This document shows, in pieces, positions 43,713 through 52,713 of a stretch of 64,000 bases of DNA. The notes under the pieces are model-generated. The model searched no databases. It had not been told where the DNA came from and was given only the letters and a program-made list of their open reading frames with translations. Positions within the stretch are counted from its first letter, which is position 1. Every line of letters begins with the position of its first letter. The stretch lies in assembly GCA_965214835.1 (NCBI GenBank), contig CBDCCK010000002.1:96001-160000 (forward strand), written 5' to 3'. The DNA comes from Nitrosopumilaceae archaeon. Lineage in GTDB: Archaea > Thermoproteota > Nitrososphaeria > Nitrososphaerales > Nitrosopumilaceae. Both the position numbers and the translations under genes were made by a program.

Positions 43713-46709
43713 TTAAACCCTAGATTGACTGTCTTCCCTCTTTTTTCCCATCCTGTACAGGTGCGCCCTGCCGCCCTTCCTCATGCGTATGGCATACCCC
43801 ATATCGGCTATCTGGCCTGCGATATAGTCGACCTCGTCGCGCTTTGAGGGATCGTTCCTGTTGGATTCCCACATCTGCAGGAGCCGCTGGCAGTGCAGCC
43901 GCTCGGCGTCTGCCTGCGGGCGGTCCCCGTCACCGTCGTCCTCCTTTGCTACAGCCGCTGCTGCTGCTTCTGCGTCATGCGGCCCGTCCTCGCAGTCCGG
44001 AGCCGGAAGCGCCGGAATCCTTTCCTGCGCGGCATCTGCTGCAGTGGTGGCGTCGTTGCCGTCATTATCACCGTCGGCATCGACATCAGCTGCATCCGTT
44101 GTGGCATCTGCAAATGTCACCGGTCCGGCGGATTCTTCTGCGGTATCCGGAGTGCCGTGGGGGATATGAGAACCGGACGGGGTCGCCGCCTCCGCTGCAG
44201 GCTGCTGCCCGGAGCCCTCATTCGCGACACCGCCGCCATCATCTGCGGTGTCGCCGGCATCCGCAGGCCGCCGTCCCGCCTTCAGGTGCTCATACCATCC
44301 GGCCTTGTTGTACGTGTCAACCCTGTCAGTGTCACGACCGCTGGCGACGGCCCCGTCCCTGGCAGCTGTATGGAGGGGGACCGGATCATCATCGTTCTGG
44401 CCGCCACCGTCCGCGTCTCCGCCGCCGGCATCAGCAGGGGGCGACACGCTGCCGCGTCCCCTGTACAGCACGTCCATGTCCTCGGGCCCGAGATCGCCGG
44501 ACTTGTCGGGGAGCAGCGGCCTGACTCCCGGCAGCGACCAGACGACATACAGCGACGGATCCTGCACGCGCCTGCCGTCCGCATCTCCGCCCCGGCCGGT
44601 GATGCCGCTCCTTTCCAGCCTGCCTTCCAGCCCCTGCAGCGACGCGATGACGTCTGCCTCGTCAAACTGCCATACTGAGTCGCAGACGAACCGCTGGGTG
44701 GCAGTCCCGCCTGCGCCCGAGAGCACCTCCATGATGCGGGCCTCACAGGCCGACATTGATCTTATGTTCTCGGATTTCGTATCAGTCAGGTGTGTCCTGT
44801 CCATTACCGTGAGCCGGTACTTGTCGCGCGAGACGCCGTTCTGCTTCATTGTATCGTGCATCCTCTCGGCCGTTGCCGCATCAAAGACGACAAACCAGAC
44901 TGAGTGGCCCAGCGCAGACGACTTTTGCCAGTTTACATACACCTGCTCCCAGTGCTTGCCTGGCCCCGTCTCGACCTCGACTGCCGTGATATCATCAGAC
45001 CACTCCGACGGGTTGAACAGTACGTCTTTGCGGCCGTCCCTGTCCCTGACGGGCTTGGGCGAGTATATCACGAGGTCTGCCTGCTTGGCCGCCCCCCTCC
45101 CGAGATCGGGAACGCAGTACCTCCCGTTGTTGACGTTGATCTCCATTATGGCAAATATGGCAGACAGGTGGAGGTCCCCTCCGGCCCTGCGGCCTGCGGC
45201 CGACCTCGAGAACAGGTTGTGCATGGCAGACTTTGTTATGGTGTATCTTGACTCGAACTTTTCGTCGCCGTCATCGCTTACCGTGTCGTGCTGGGAGACG
45301 TACCCGTTTGTGGCAATCAGCGTGTCGTGCAGCGCCGAGGAGACGTGCCGGGCGTCAGTCGCGTACCTGCGCAGCATGGCATCCGTTATCTCCTTTTTTG
45401 TCATGTCTCGGCTTTCTGTGCGCAGCAGGTTGAGTATCCCGAACTCCAGCGGCGTCAACTGCACGTCTGCGCCCCCGCCGCTCTGCGTGTAGTATTTGTC
45501 AAGGGAGACGAACTTGCCCAGCCGCATGACGCTGTGCCGCGAGGCCTCCTCGGAGCGGTCAGGTATCTCCATGTGGCGCGTCTTTGCCACCGCCTTTACC
45601 GGATTCGTGCCCCCCGACCAGAACGAAAAGTGGTGGAACGGCAGCTGCGTCTGCCGCTCGGGCTTTATCGGCAGTATGGACTTGAGCGAGGCGGCAGTCG
45701 TCGCGTCGCACCTGAAACAGGCGATTGCGCGGCACAGCGTCGGCAGCTCGGCTGCAAACTCGCGCTCTATGGCAGACGTTGACTGGGTGGCAATGGTCGC
45801 CTTGATGCCGTACTTGCGGACGGTATTGAGCAGCTCCCTGATCATGGGCTCTGAGAACATCTGCACCTCGTCCAGGTACAGGTTAAACGGCGCAAACCCC
45901 CCGCCGGGCTGGCGCTGTCTCTTGAGGTACGCGGTATAGAACAGGTGAAGAAACACGTTTCCCAGAAACTTTGTCATGTCGTTTGTCACCCCGCCAAAGT
46001 CCAGCACCACGTACATTCCCCGGTTCAGTATGTCCTCAAACGTTATGGAGGAGCGGCGCGTGTTGAACATCGCATCAAGCTCCGGGACGGTAAGCATCTT
46101 GTTGAGCTTGTTGAAGATGACGCCGCCTGCCTCCTTTGGATACTGCTCCCAGTATACCCTGGTGAAAAAGTCGCGGGCCTGCCGGTTCTGTATCTGTCCG
46201 ACGAACCCCTCGGAGAACTCCTTGTCCGTAAGAAGGCGGATCATGGCGCCAAGCGTGTCTGACTGCGTCCCGATTACGGCAAGTGCGCCGTTTCTGGCGC
46301 ACGTCTCCACGCGGGCCCCCCACGAGTCCGAGAACGCCTTTGCCAGGCATTCTGTGAACGTCAGCGAGACCATTCCCGCCTCGTGGGGATCGTCTATCTG
46401 CAGCGGGTTGAACCTTAGCGTCTTGTCAAGCTTCTTGATCGAGGAGAGGCTGACGTACACTATCCGGTCGTACTGCTCTGGCGGTATCAGCGAGAGGACC
46501 TCGCGGGACAGCTCCGAGTGGTTCTCTGCAAGCAGAAAGCCCCTTCCGGCCTTGATATCCTGCAGGATGAGCAGCCTCAGGACGCTTGACTTGCCGGAGC
46601 CTATCTCGCCGAGTATCAGCATGTTCTGCCGGGCCCTGTACGGCATCGTGAGGACCTTGCGGCCTGCCAGGTATCCGATTACCGAGTGATCGTGCGGGTT
46701 GACCGACAT
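43713..46709 (-). CDS. VirD4/TraD-like coupling ATPase with wHTH and PD-(D/E)xK-like C-terminal extension
   Basis: GEIGSGKS, FNPL, LYLDEVQ, RKYG..ATQ; then ADLVIY..AVEVETG. Confidence 0.8.
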   Translation of the reverse strand: MSVNPHDHSVIGYLAGRKVLTMPYRARQNMLILGEIGSGKSSVLRLLILQDIKAGRGFLLAENHSELSREVLSLIPPEQYDRIVYVSLSSIKKLDKTLRFNPLQIDDPHEAGMVSLTFTECLAKAFSDSWGARVETCARNGALAVIGTQSDTLGAMIRLLTDKEFSEGFVGQIQNRQARDFFTRVYWEQYPKEAGGVIFNKLNKMLTVPELDAMFNTRRSSITFEDILNRGMYVVLDFGGVTNDMTKFLGNVFLHLFYTAYLKRQRQPGGGFAPFNLYLDEVQMFSEPMIRELLNTVRKYGIKATIATQSTSAIEREFAAELPTLCRAIACFRCDATTAASLKSILPIKPERQTQLPFHHFSFWSGGTNPVKAVAKTRHMEIPDRSEEASRHSVMRLGKFVSLDKYYTQSGGGADVQLTPLEFGILNLLRTESRDMTKKEITDAMLRRYATDARHVSSALHDTLIATNGYVSQHDTVSDDGDEKFESRYTITKSAMHNLFSRSAAGRRAGGDLHLSAIFAIMEINVNNGRYCVPDLGRGAAKQADLVIYSPKPVRDRDGRKDVLFNPSEWSDDITAVEVETGPGKHWEQVYVNWQKSSALGHSVWFVVFDAATAERMHDTMKQNGVSRDKYRLTVMDRTHLTDTKSENIRSMSACEARIMEVLSGAGGTATQRFVCDSVWQFDEADVIASLQGLEGRLERSGITGRGGDADGRRVQDPSLYVVWSLPGVRPLLPDKSGDLGPEDMDVLYRGRGSVSPPADAGGGDADGGGQNDDDPVPLHTAARDGAVASGRDTDRVDTYNKAGWYEHLKAGRRPADAGDTADDGGGVANEGSGQQPAAEAATPSGSHIPHGTPDTAEESAGPVTFADATTDAADVDADGDNDGNDATTAADAAQERIPALPAPDCEDGPHDAEAAAAAVAKEDDGDGDRPQADAERLHCQRLLQMWESNRNDPSKRDEVDYIAGQIADMGYAIRMRKGGRAHLYRMGKKREDSQSRV

Positions 46710-46721
46710 CGGCCGGGCCCC

Positions 46722-48563
46722 TCACCTCGGCCTGAACAGCTCCAGCTGCTCCTGGTCGGGAAGCACGTCGACCGGGACCACGGAGTTGCCAAAGCGCACG
46801 AGCGCCTGCCCGCGCCGCATCCGCATCAGCCAGTTGCTCATCTCGCCAGACAGCACAAAGTGCTCGTTGAGGGCGCGCGACGTGGCCTCGGACTGGCGCA
46901 GAAACATCACGGTGTCCGAGTTGACCAGGACGTTGCGGGCCGCCTCGTTTGCTGTCATGTCCTCGATGTTCTGCGTTGCCATGAGCATGTTGATGTTGTA
47001 CTTTCTTCCTCGGCGGGAGAGGTGCTGTATATAGTCTCCCAGCGGCCCGTGCTGGAGGAGCATCCACACCTCGTCGAGCATGAACAGCTTGGGGACTGTC
47101 TTTGACATCATCAGCGAGCGGCCAAGCGCGTACGACAGAGCTATCTGGGTTATCAGGCGGTGGACCGTCCCGCCCGCGGAGCCCACGTTCTTGAGGGAGA
47201 GTATGACGCGCTTTGTGTCCGGCGCCATGCCCCGGAAAAAGTCCTCGTACGGGTGGTGGCACAGCATCCTGAACTGGCCGAGCACCTGCCTGTCCTCGGG
47301 CTCCGTGTGCTTTTCCACCGCATCCACAAATCTGAAAAAGCTGCGCTCCTCCATCGGCATGTTCGACATGTCGGTGGCCGCCATGTTCGCGGGCATCCTC
47401 TTTTCCTCGGGTATGAGCAGCGCGTCGCACAGCGTCTCGGAGGCCGCAAAGGCGTCGGGCACCATCCGGAATAAATCGAGGCCCATCTGCTTGCCCGTCG
47501 AATAGTCCAGGTACGTAAAGCCCATCGAGTCGCCCAGCGCGCGGTACTCGGACTCGGGGTCTATCCCGAATATGAACGCCTCCGGATACATCCGGTCAAA
47601 GGCGTGTATTATCATCATTGCAAGCGTCGTCTTGCCGGATCCTGACAGCGCCGCAAGCACGGTGTTGCGGTTTATGCGGTTGTTGATGTTCCACCGGAAC
47701 GGGTTGCCGGTTACCGTATTGACTCCGAGCAGTATGCCGCCGTCCTCGTAGAGCTCCGACGTCGAGAACGGGACGAGCGCCGCAAAGGTCTCCGTTATGG
47801 CAAGCATCTGCTGGCCCTGCTCCCCTGCAAGCATCTGCGACTGGACGTGGCGCGCAGTCTCCACCCCGGGTACCCCGCGCATGTCTGCCTCGAATACGCG
47901 GGCGCGCTCCCTCAGCTTCTGGTAGTCAAGGGCAAACACCAGCGGTATTATCCGCATCGTATACAGCGACGTCTGGTTTCCGGTTATCATCTCCTTGATT
48001 GCCCGCGCGCTTGCGGCCACGTCGACGCCGCTTGCCGACGAGTCCGTGCTTGAGGAGGCCATGTGGCTTGCAACAACGGAATGCCGCTTTTCGGGTGGGA
48101 TCGGGTTCACGAACATCCTGACGGCATCGGCCTTGGAGTATATGCCGTATATCCACCCTGGGGGCAGCTCGTCGGCAAGCATCCCGATGGTGTACGCCTT
48201 GCAGTATATCCCCGACTTTAGCACGGTACAGTCGGTGTGCTCCCTCTCGACGTCCCATCGGCGGACCTCCGCCGGGCCCGACGATATCGGGGCGACGATA
48301 TGTTCTGCCTCCTTTTCTGCGGTTGTCAGCATGACAGTATCCATCGGGCACCTGCGGACCGTCTTGTTGAATGACAGCTCCTCATAGTCGCGTATGACGT
48401 CCACCGTGAACGGCTCGCGCAGCCTTGAGAGCACGCCGGTATAGTTTGACACCAGGACGTCGCGCTCTGAAACGTCCGATACGGTGCTCTCCGGGTTTGA
48501 GAACATGATGTTTATCGGGCTCAGCCTGAATGCCCTGGGCTTGCCGCGCGTCCTTTTTGGCAT
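46722..48563 (-). CDS. VirB4-like conjugative ATPase
   Basis: GILLGVN, LSGSGKT, IDPESEY, LDEVW, RRGRKY..ATQ. Confidence 0.88.
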   Translation of the reverse strand: MPKRTRGKPRAFRLSPINIMFSNPESTVSDVSERDVLVSNYTGVLSRLREPFTVDVIRDYEELSFNKTVRRCPMDTVMLTTAEKEAEHIVAPISSGPAEVRRWDVEREHTDCTVLKSGIYCKAYTIGMLADELPPGWIYGIYSKADAVRMFVNPIPPEKRHSVVASHMASSSTDSSASGVDVAASARAIKEMITGNQTSLYTMRIIPLVFALDYQKLRERARVFEADMRGVPGVETARHVQSQMLAGEQGQQMLAITETFAALVPFSTSELYEDGGILLGVNTVTGNPFRWNINNRINRNTVLAALSGSGKTTLAMMIIHAFDRMYPEAFIFGIDPESEYRALGDSMGFTYLDYSTGKQMGLDLFRMVPDAFAASETLCDALLIPEEKRMPANMAATDMSNMPMEERSFFRFVDAVEKHTEPEDRQVLGQFRMLCHHPYEDFFRGMAPDTKRVILSLKNVGSAGGTVHRLITQIALSYALGRSLMMSKTVPKLFMLDEVWMLLQHGPLGDYIQHLSRRGRKYNINMLMATQNIEDMTANEAARNVLVNSDTVMFLRQSEATSRALNEHFVLSGEMSNWLMRMRRGQALVRFGNSVVPVDVLPDQEQLELFRPR

Positions 48564-48608
48564 GTACCCTGCGACACGGCAGATATCATATAAAGCTGGA
48601 TTGGGGCC

Positions 48609-49694
48609 TTACGGTCCGTGCCCGTCGACGGAGCAGTTGTACTCTGCTGCTGCCGCGTTGTAGCTGTCGACTGCGTCGTTGTAGCTGTCCCCCAGGCGGT
48701 CATGGCCGGCGGCGGCCTCCTCCATCTGCGCCTCGACGCCCCTTATCCTTTCCAGAAGATCCCCGAGCTGGACGTACAGCGATTCTGCCTGCCCGTGGTC
48801 TCCTGCTCCTGTTGCGGCTGCGGCCAGCCGCTCGTACCTGCCGCCAAGCTGCTCGTACCGCTCCACGAGCCTCCCGTGCTCTGTCTCCATGCGATCAAGA
48901 CTCCTGACGATTCCGTCCATTTCTTCCTCAAGCCCTGCCATCTGCGACTCTGATGCCTGCATCCTGGCAAGTATCGGGGTTACCGCGTCAAACTGCAGGT
49001 GCTCGGCTGCCTGCGGTATGTCGTACCCGAGATCGTCAAAGGATTCCGGCAGTACACCCGGCGGGTCGCGCGTCCCGTACATCAGGTGGGACTCGTCTGT
49101 GACGTGTCCCAGTCCCAGGTGGTGGCCCAGCTCGTGGGCTATGGTGTCTGCCATCATCTCCCCGGAGTACGGGCGGAACGTGCCGTCGCACCACGGCCTG
49201 CCGGTCTCGACTGTTATCGTTGCAGGCCGGCCCGGAAGCGACGGGTGCTCGTACAGCCCGACTGTATCGCCCTCTATCCTGTCTGTAAGCACTATCACGA
49301 CGTCGCCGTCTGCCACATCCCCCACCAGGCGTACCGTTCCCGGATTGTCAGCGTTCCACATGGCGGCCGCCTGCCTTGCGGCAGCACCGGCTGCAGCAGC
49401 AGCAGCGGCGGCGGCGGCACCGTCTCCTGCCGACTCCCGGTCGACTGCCATTCTTACCGGAGGCCCGCCGCTCTCCTGGGCGCCGGCATTGACGGATGCG
49501 TGATGATGCGCCGGAGGCTGCCTGTCATGCGCGCCCGGCTCCACCGCGCTCTGCTGCCTGTCTGCGGCAGTCTCCCCCGGCCCGGCCCCGCCGCCGTCCG
49601 TGCCTCCTCCCGTGCCGCTTATCCCGAACCACGCGATTCCGGATATCACCGCGACCACTATGATCCCGGTTATTATTCCAGACATGCCATACAT
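48609..49694 (-). CDS. Membrane-anchored matrixin-type metzincin with coiled-coil tail
   Basis: HELGHHLGLGH plus Met-turn HLMY; N-terminal TM helix. Confidence 0.85.
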   Translation of the reverse strand: MYGMSGIITGIIVVAVISGIAWFGISGTGGGTDGGGAGPGETAADRQQSAVEPGAHDRQPPAHHHASVNAGAQESGGPPVRMAVDRESAGDGAAAAAAAAAAGAAARQAAAMWNADNPGTVRLVGDVADGDVVIVLTDRIEGDTVGLYEHPSLPGRPATITVETGRPWCDGTFRPYSGEMMADTIAHELGHHLGLGHVTDESHLMYGTRDPPGVLPESFDDLGYDIPQAAEHLQFDAVTPILARMQASESQMAGLEEEMDGIVRSLDRMETEHGRLVERYEQLGGRYERLAAAATGAGDHGQAESLYVQLGDLLERIRGVEAQMEEAAAGHDRLGDSYNDAVDSYNAAAAEYNCSVDGHGP

Positions 49695-49867
49695 GAGGCA
49701 TTCCCGCTATTAAGGCCCGTGGCATGCCCGGGACAGTTGCGCGTTTATATCGAATTTGCTGTACGGATGGCAGGCCGCCGCCAAAAACATTCATTCGTTC
49801 ATTCTGGCGATGTTCTCACGTGCGGCGGTGGTCCCGCATTCCGCATGGCTGCCGTCGTTGCCGGCGG

Positions 49868-51805
49868 CTAGCATCCGACGCTTTCGTTGAACTTCCAGTG
49901 GGGTATGACGTGCACGCCGTCGCCGGCTTCCAGGGCTCCTGCAAGGATGGTTGCAAGGTCGGTGTCGTTGGAGAGGAGGATGACGTTGCCGCCTTCCGAC
50001 CTTGCTATGGCCATCGCCTGCGCCATTATCCTCATGTCCCCCTTCCCTATGCGGTCTGTCAGGATCTCGACTGCCTGATCCCTCCGCGCCTTGCTGTCGC
50101 AGATTGCCGGAATGACTGAGTCGTATACCTCGTTGTGGTTGTCCATGTCACTGTCATGCAGCACCGAGTTGAGATCCGCGTATTTCTGCGGATTCTGCGC
50201 CGCGTATTTCTGCAGATCCCTTCTCTTGGCCTTTATCCATTTCTCCGCCTCTTCCTTGGAGTCGGCTATGCCTTTCACGTGGCGCTGCAGGCGCGGCATA
50301 TGCTCCATGTATTGATCCCACTCGGCATCCGTCTCCCTGCCGCCAAACACCCTGTCAAATTCCGGCTTTAGGCGCTCCCATCTCCTGGAGTCGATTTCAC
50401 GGCGGGCCCCGGACGGCACCATTACCCTGTCCAGGTTGTCAAGCACGTATGCTATCTCCGCCTTTAGGCCGTCTGACTCCAGGCCGGTCGGATACTGCAG
50501 GATGTCGATTATCATGTTGGAATCGGGCACTATTGCCTCCCTTCCCGTTATCCTGTAGGCTGGCTCGGCGCCTGCCTGCCGCATGTCAGAAGAGGGTGAG
50601 TAGGATCTTACCGGCGTCCTGTCTTTCTGGCCATGCTGCATGGGAGTCTGGGAGCCGTGCGTGTCGGCTGGGGCTCCGGAGGATGGTACCGGCCGTGGCG
50701 GTGGTGGTGGTAGCGATGATTCCTGCGGTACGGTATCCGTCCACACACCGCCTGCACCTGCGGAATATGCCTGGTTCTCCTCCCCCGGACCGCCCCCTGT
50801 TGGTTTGCGCCTCCGCGATGCCGCCGCAACGACTGCTATTATGATCACTGCCAGGATGACGACGGCCGCAACCAGCATGATCATCGGATTGATGCCGGCT
50901 TCCGGCATGAGGCCGGACAGCAGGCCGATTACTGGATCCGCCGGGCTGTTGCGATCTGCGCCGGCCGCAGGCGCCGCGCCGAACGTAAACGCGGTAGTTG
51001 CCGGCCCTGACGGCCCCGACGAGCCGACCCATACCTCGTGGGTCCCGTCTGCGAGCCCCCTCCTTCCGGCAGTCTCTATCTCCAGGAGGTACGTGCCGTC
51101 GGGATGCACGCCGACTGACTCGTATACGGATCCCAGCGTGGCCCGTATCATGACGGTCTCCGACATTTCTGCCGTTCCGTATATGCGGACCGTATCGCCC
51201 GGATGGTAATGCGGCCTGTCAGTGTATACCGTCAGTCCCCTGCCGCCTGCCGGGGGCTGCGGCGGCCGCATCTGGTTGCCGTCTGACTGCGGCAGGACCG
51301 TGCCTCTGCCGGCATCCTCCCGTCCGGCCCCTGTCTGATCCCCGTGCCGCACGTCCGGCGGCCCTCCCATGTATCGCATCTCAAAGCCCACCTGTCCCAG
51401 CACCTTCCCGTCTGCCCGTGCCGAGACGTAATACGTCCCTGTCTGGCTCGTGTGATAGTCCAGGATGTGGTGGTGGACAAACGCGCCGTCTCGCGAAGAC
51501 CTGACTGTATGCGTCTCCGGGTGCCCGTCAGGATGCGTTATCGTTATATCTATTTTTGTCCGCCCCGCATCGTACACCTCGCCGGAGATGGCGACCATCA
51601 CGTTCTTCCCCTGCCCGACGGCATATCCGAACTGGTCAACGCCCACCTCGCCGTGTGCTGTGCTGCCGACGTTGGCCGCATGTGCCGTATCGCCGCCCGC
51701 AAGCATTACTGCCAGCGCGCACAGTGCCGTTGCACACGATACTGCGGCAGCTCTGCGTGCCGTCATTCCTGCCATCCCCGGCTCACCCCCTCCTCCTGCC
51801 CGCAC
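49868..51805 (-). CDS. Single-pass protein with extracellular Ig-like domains and a cytoplasmic PIN-like domain
   Basis: Signal peptide; TDRPHYHPGDTVRIYG; TM helix; IVPDSNMIID..E..GDMRI..SNDTDL. Confidence 0.7.
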   Translation of the reverse strand: MRAGGGGEPGMAGMTARRAAAVSCATALCALAVMLAGGDTAHAANVGSTAHGEVGVDQFGYAVGQGKNVMVAISGEVYDAGRTKIDITITHPDGHPETHTVRSSRDGAFVHHHILDYHTSQTGTYYVSARADGKVLGQVGFEMRYMGGPPDVRHGDQTGAGREDAGRGTVLPQSDGNQMRPPQPPAGGRGLTVYTDRPHYHPGDTVRIYGTAEMSETVMIRATLGSVYESVGVHPDGTYLLEIETAGRRGLADGTHEVWVGSSGPSGPATTAFTFGAAPAAGADRNSPADPVIGLLSGLMPEAGINPMIMLVAAVVILAVIIIAVVAAASRRRKPTGGGPGEENQAYSAGAGGVWTDTVPQESSLPPPPPRPVPSSGAPADTHGSQTPMQHGQKDRTPVRSYSPSSDMRQAGAEPAYRITGREAIVPDSNMIIDILQYPTGLESDGLKAEIAYVLDNLDRVMVPSGARREIDSRRWERLKPEFDRVFGGRETDAEWDQYMEHMPRLQRHVKGIADSKEEAEKWIKAKRRDLQKYAAQNPQKYADLNSVLHDSDMDNHNEVYDSVIPAICDSKARRDQAVEILTDRIGKGDMRIMAQAMAIARSEGGNVILLSNDTDLATILAGALEAGDGVHVIPHWKFNESVGC

Positions 51806-51827
51806 GCAGCAGGCGCCAGTGCCGCTC

Positions 51828-52019
51828 CACGTCTGCGTACATTCTCCGGCTGTCCCGGGCCCAGTGCGGCGCGGTACTGCACTGGAAGCGCACGATCATT
51901 CTGTGGGGCGAGGTCTGGCGGCGCGGATGCGGGTTCACGTCTGCGTACCTTCTCCAGTCGTCCCGGGCCCAGTGTGGTGCTTTATCGCACCGGAGGCGCA
52001 CGATCATCTTGTGGGGCGA
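51828..52019. repeat. Two-copy direct repeat (about 83 bp, about 110-bp period)
   Basis: CACGTCTGCGTAC...GCGCACGATCAT..TGTGGGGCGA occurs twice, within minus ORF 51783..52208. Confidence 0.7.
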
Positions 52020-52333
52020 AAGTGGGGGGAGGCGGCTCCGCGCTGTTGTAACCGGGACACCGGCATGTCCGTTACGATACACGGTACTGCGTCCGGCGGT
52101 ATTGCCGTATGCATCTACCGGCACACCGCTGCCGCCGTCCCACTCTGGGTGTGCCTCCCTGGCCGCCTTTTTTTCTGTCCGTTTTTTCGTGTCCGGCATT
52201 ATGAGCATGTTTGGAGGGCGCAGGTTATAAGGATAAAATCGCGAAGGTGCCCCGACCTGGAGGATTGCGCGTTACCGGTGTGATTACTGACTCTGGAAGT
52301 TCAGGCATGGGTTTTGTTACTGATTGTAAGTTA

Positions 52334-52418
52334 CGTGGAAGGCGGGATTCGAACCCGCGGATCGGTTAGAATCAATTGCTTAGGAGACAACCGCTATACC
52401 TGGCTAAGCGACTTCCAC
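52334..52418 (-). tRNA. tRNA with anticodon CCT (nominally Arg) and a long variable arm
   Basis: Acceptor GTGGAAG/CTTCCAC plus G73; D arm GCTT-AGCCAGGTA-TAGC; loop CTCCTAA; variable GATT-CTAACC-GATC; T arm GCGGG-TTCGAAT-CCCGC; TTTTAT box upstream. Confidence 0.88.
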
Positions 52419-52713
52419 ATGATTCTGTCTTTACGTAATGATAAAAATGTTCTAGGGCTGATCCTAACCTTTGTCTCCCACCCTAGAACCGCCTAATCGA
52501 TTAATCCAATCTGCATGACAGAGAGGACCGCGAGCGCGAAGGCAATATTGGATTTCAAAGGCTATTATATAATTATTTGTTAGCCCAGGAGCTGGGACAT
52601 TAACGGGTGTTTATTCTCCTTGGGACATGCTGGGTGCTGGAAATCTCAGATTTTGAAGACTTAAAAACAGCATGGTCGTATGCAATTATCAGTATGGTGA
52701 TGACCTTAACTGG

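Noticed and set aside
52334-52418. tRNA as the att boundary of the element
   Set aside because: Transfer genes lie on both sides, and no duplicated tRNA 3' end or integrase is visible in the window.
52450-52489. Inverted repeat GTTCTAGGG...CCCTAGAAC upstream of the tRNA as a MITE
   Set aside because: Single copy, 9-bp arms, no target-site duplication; too little to call.
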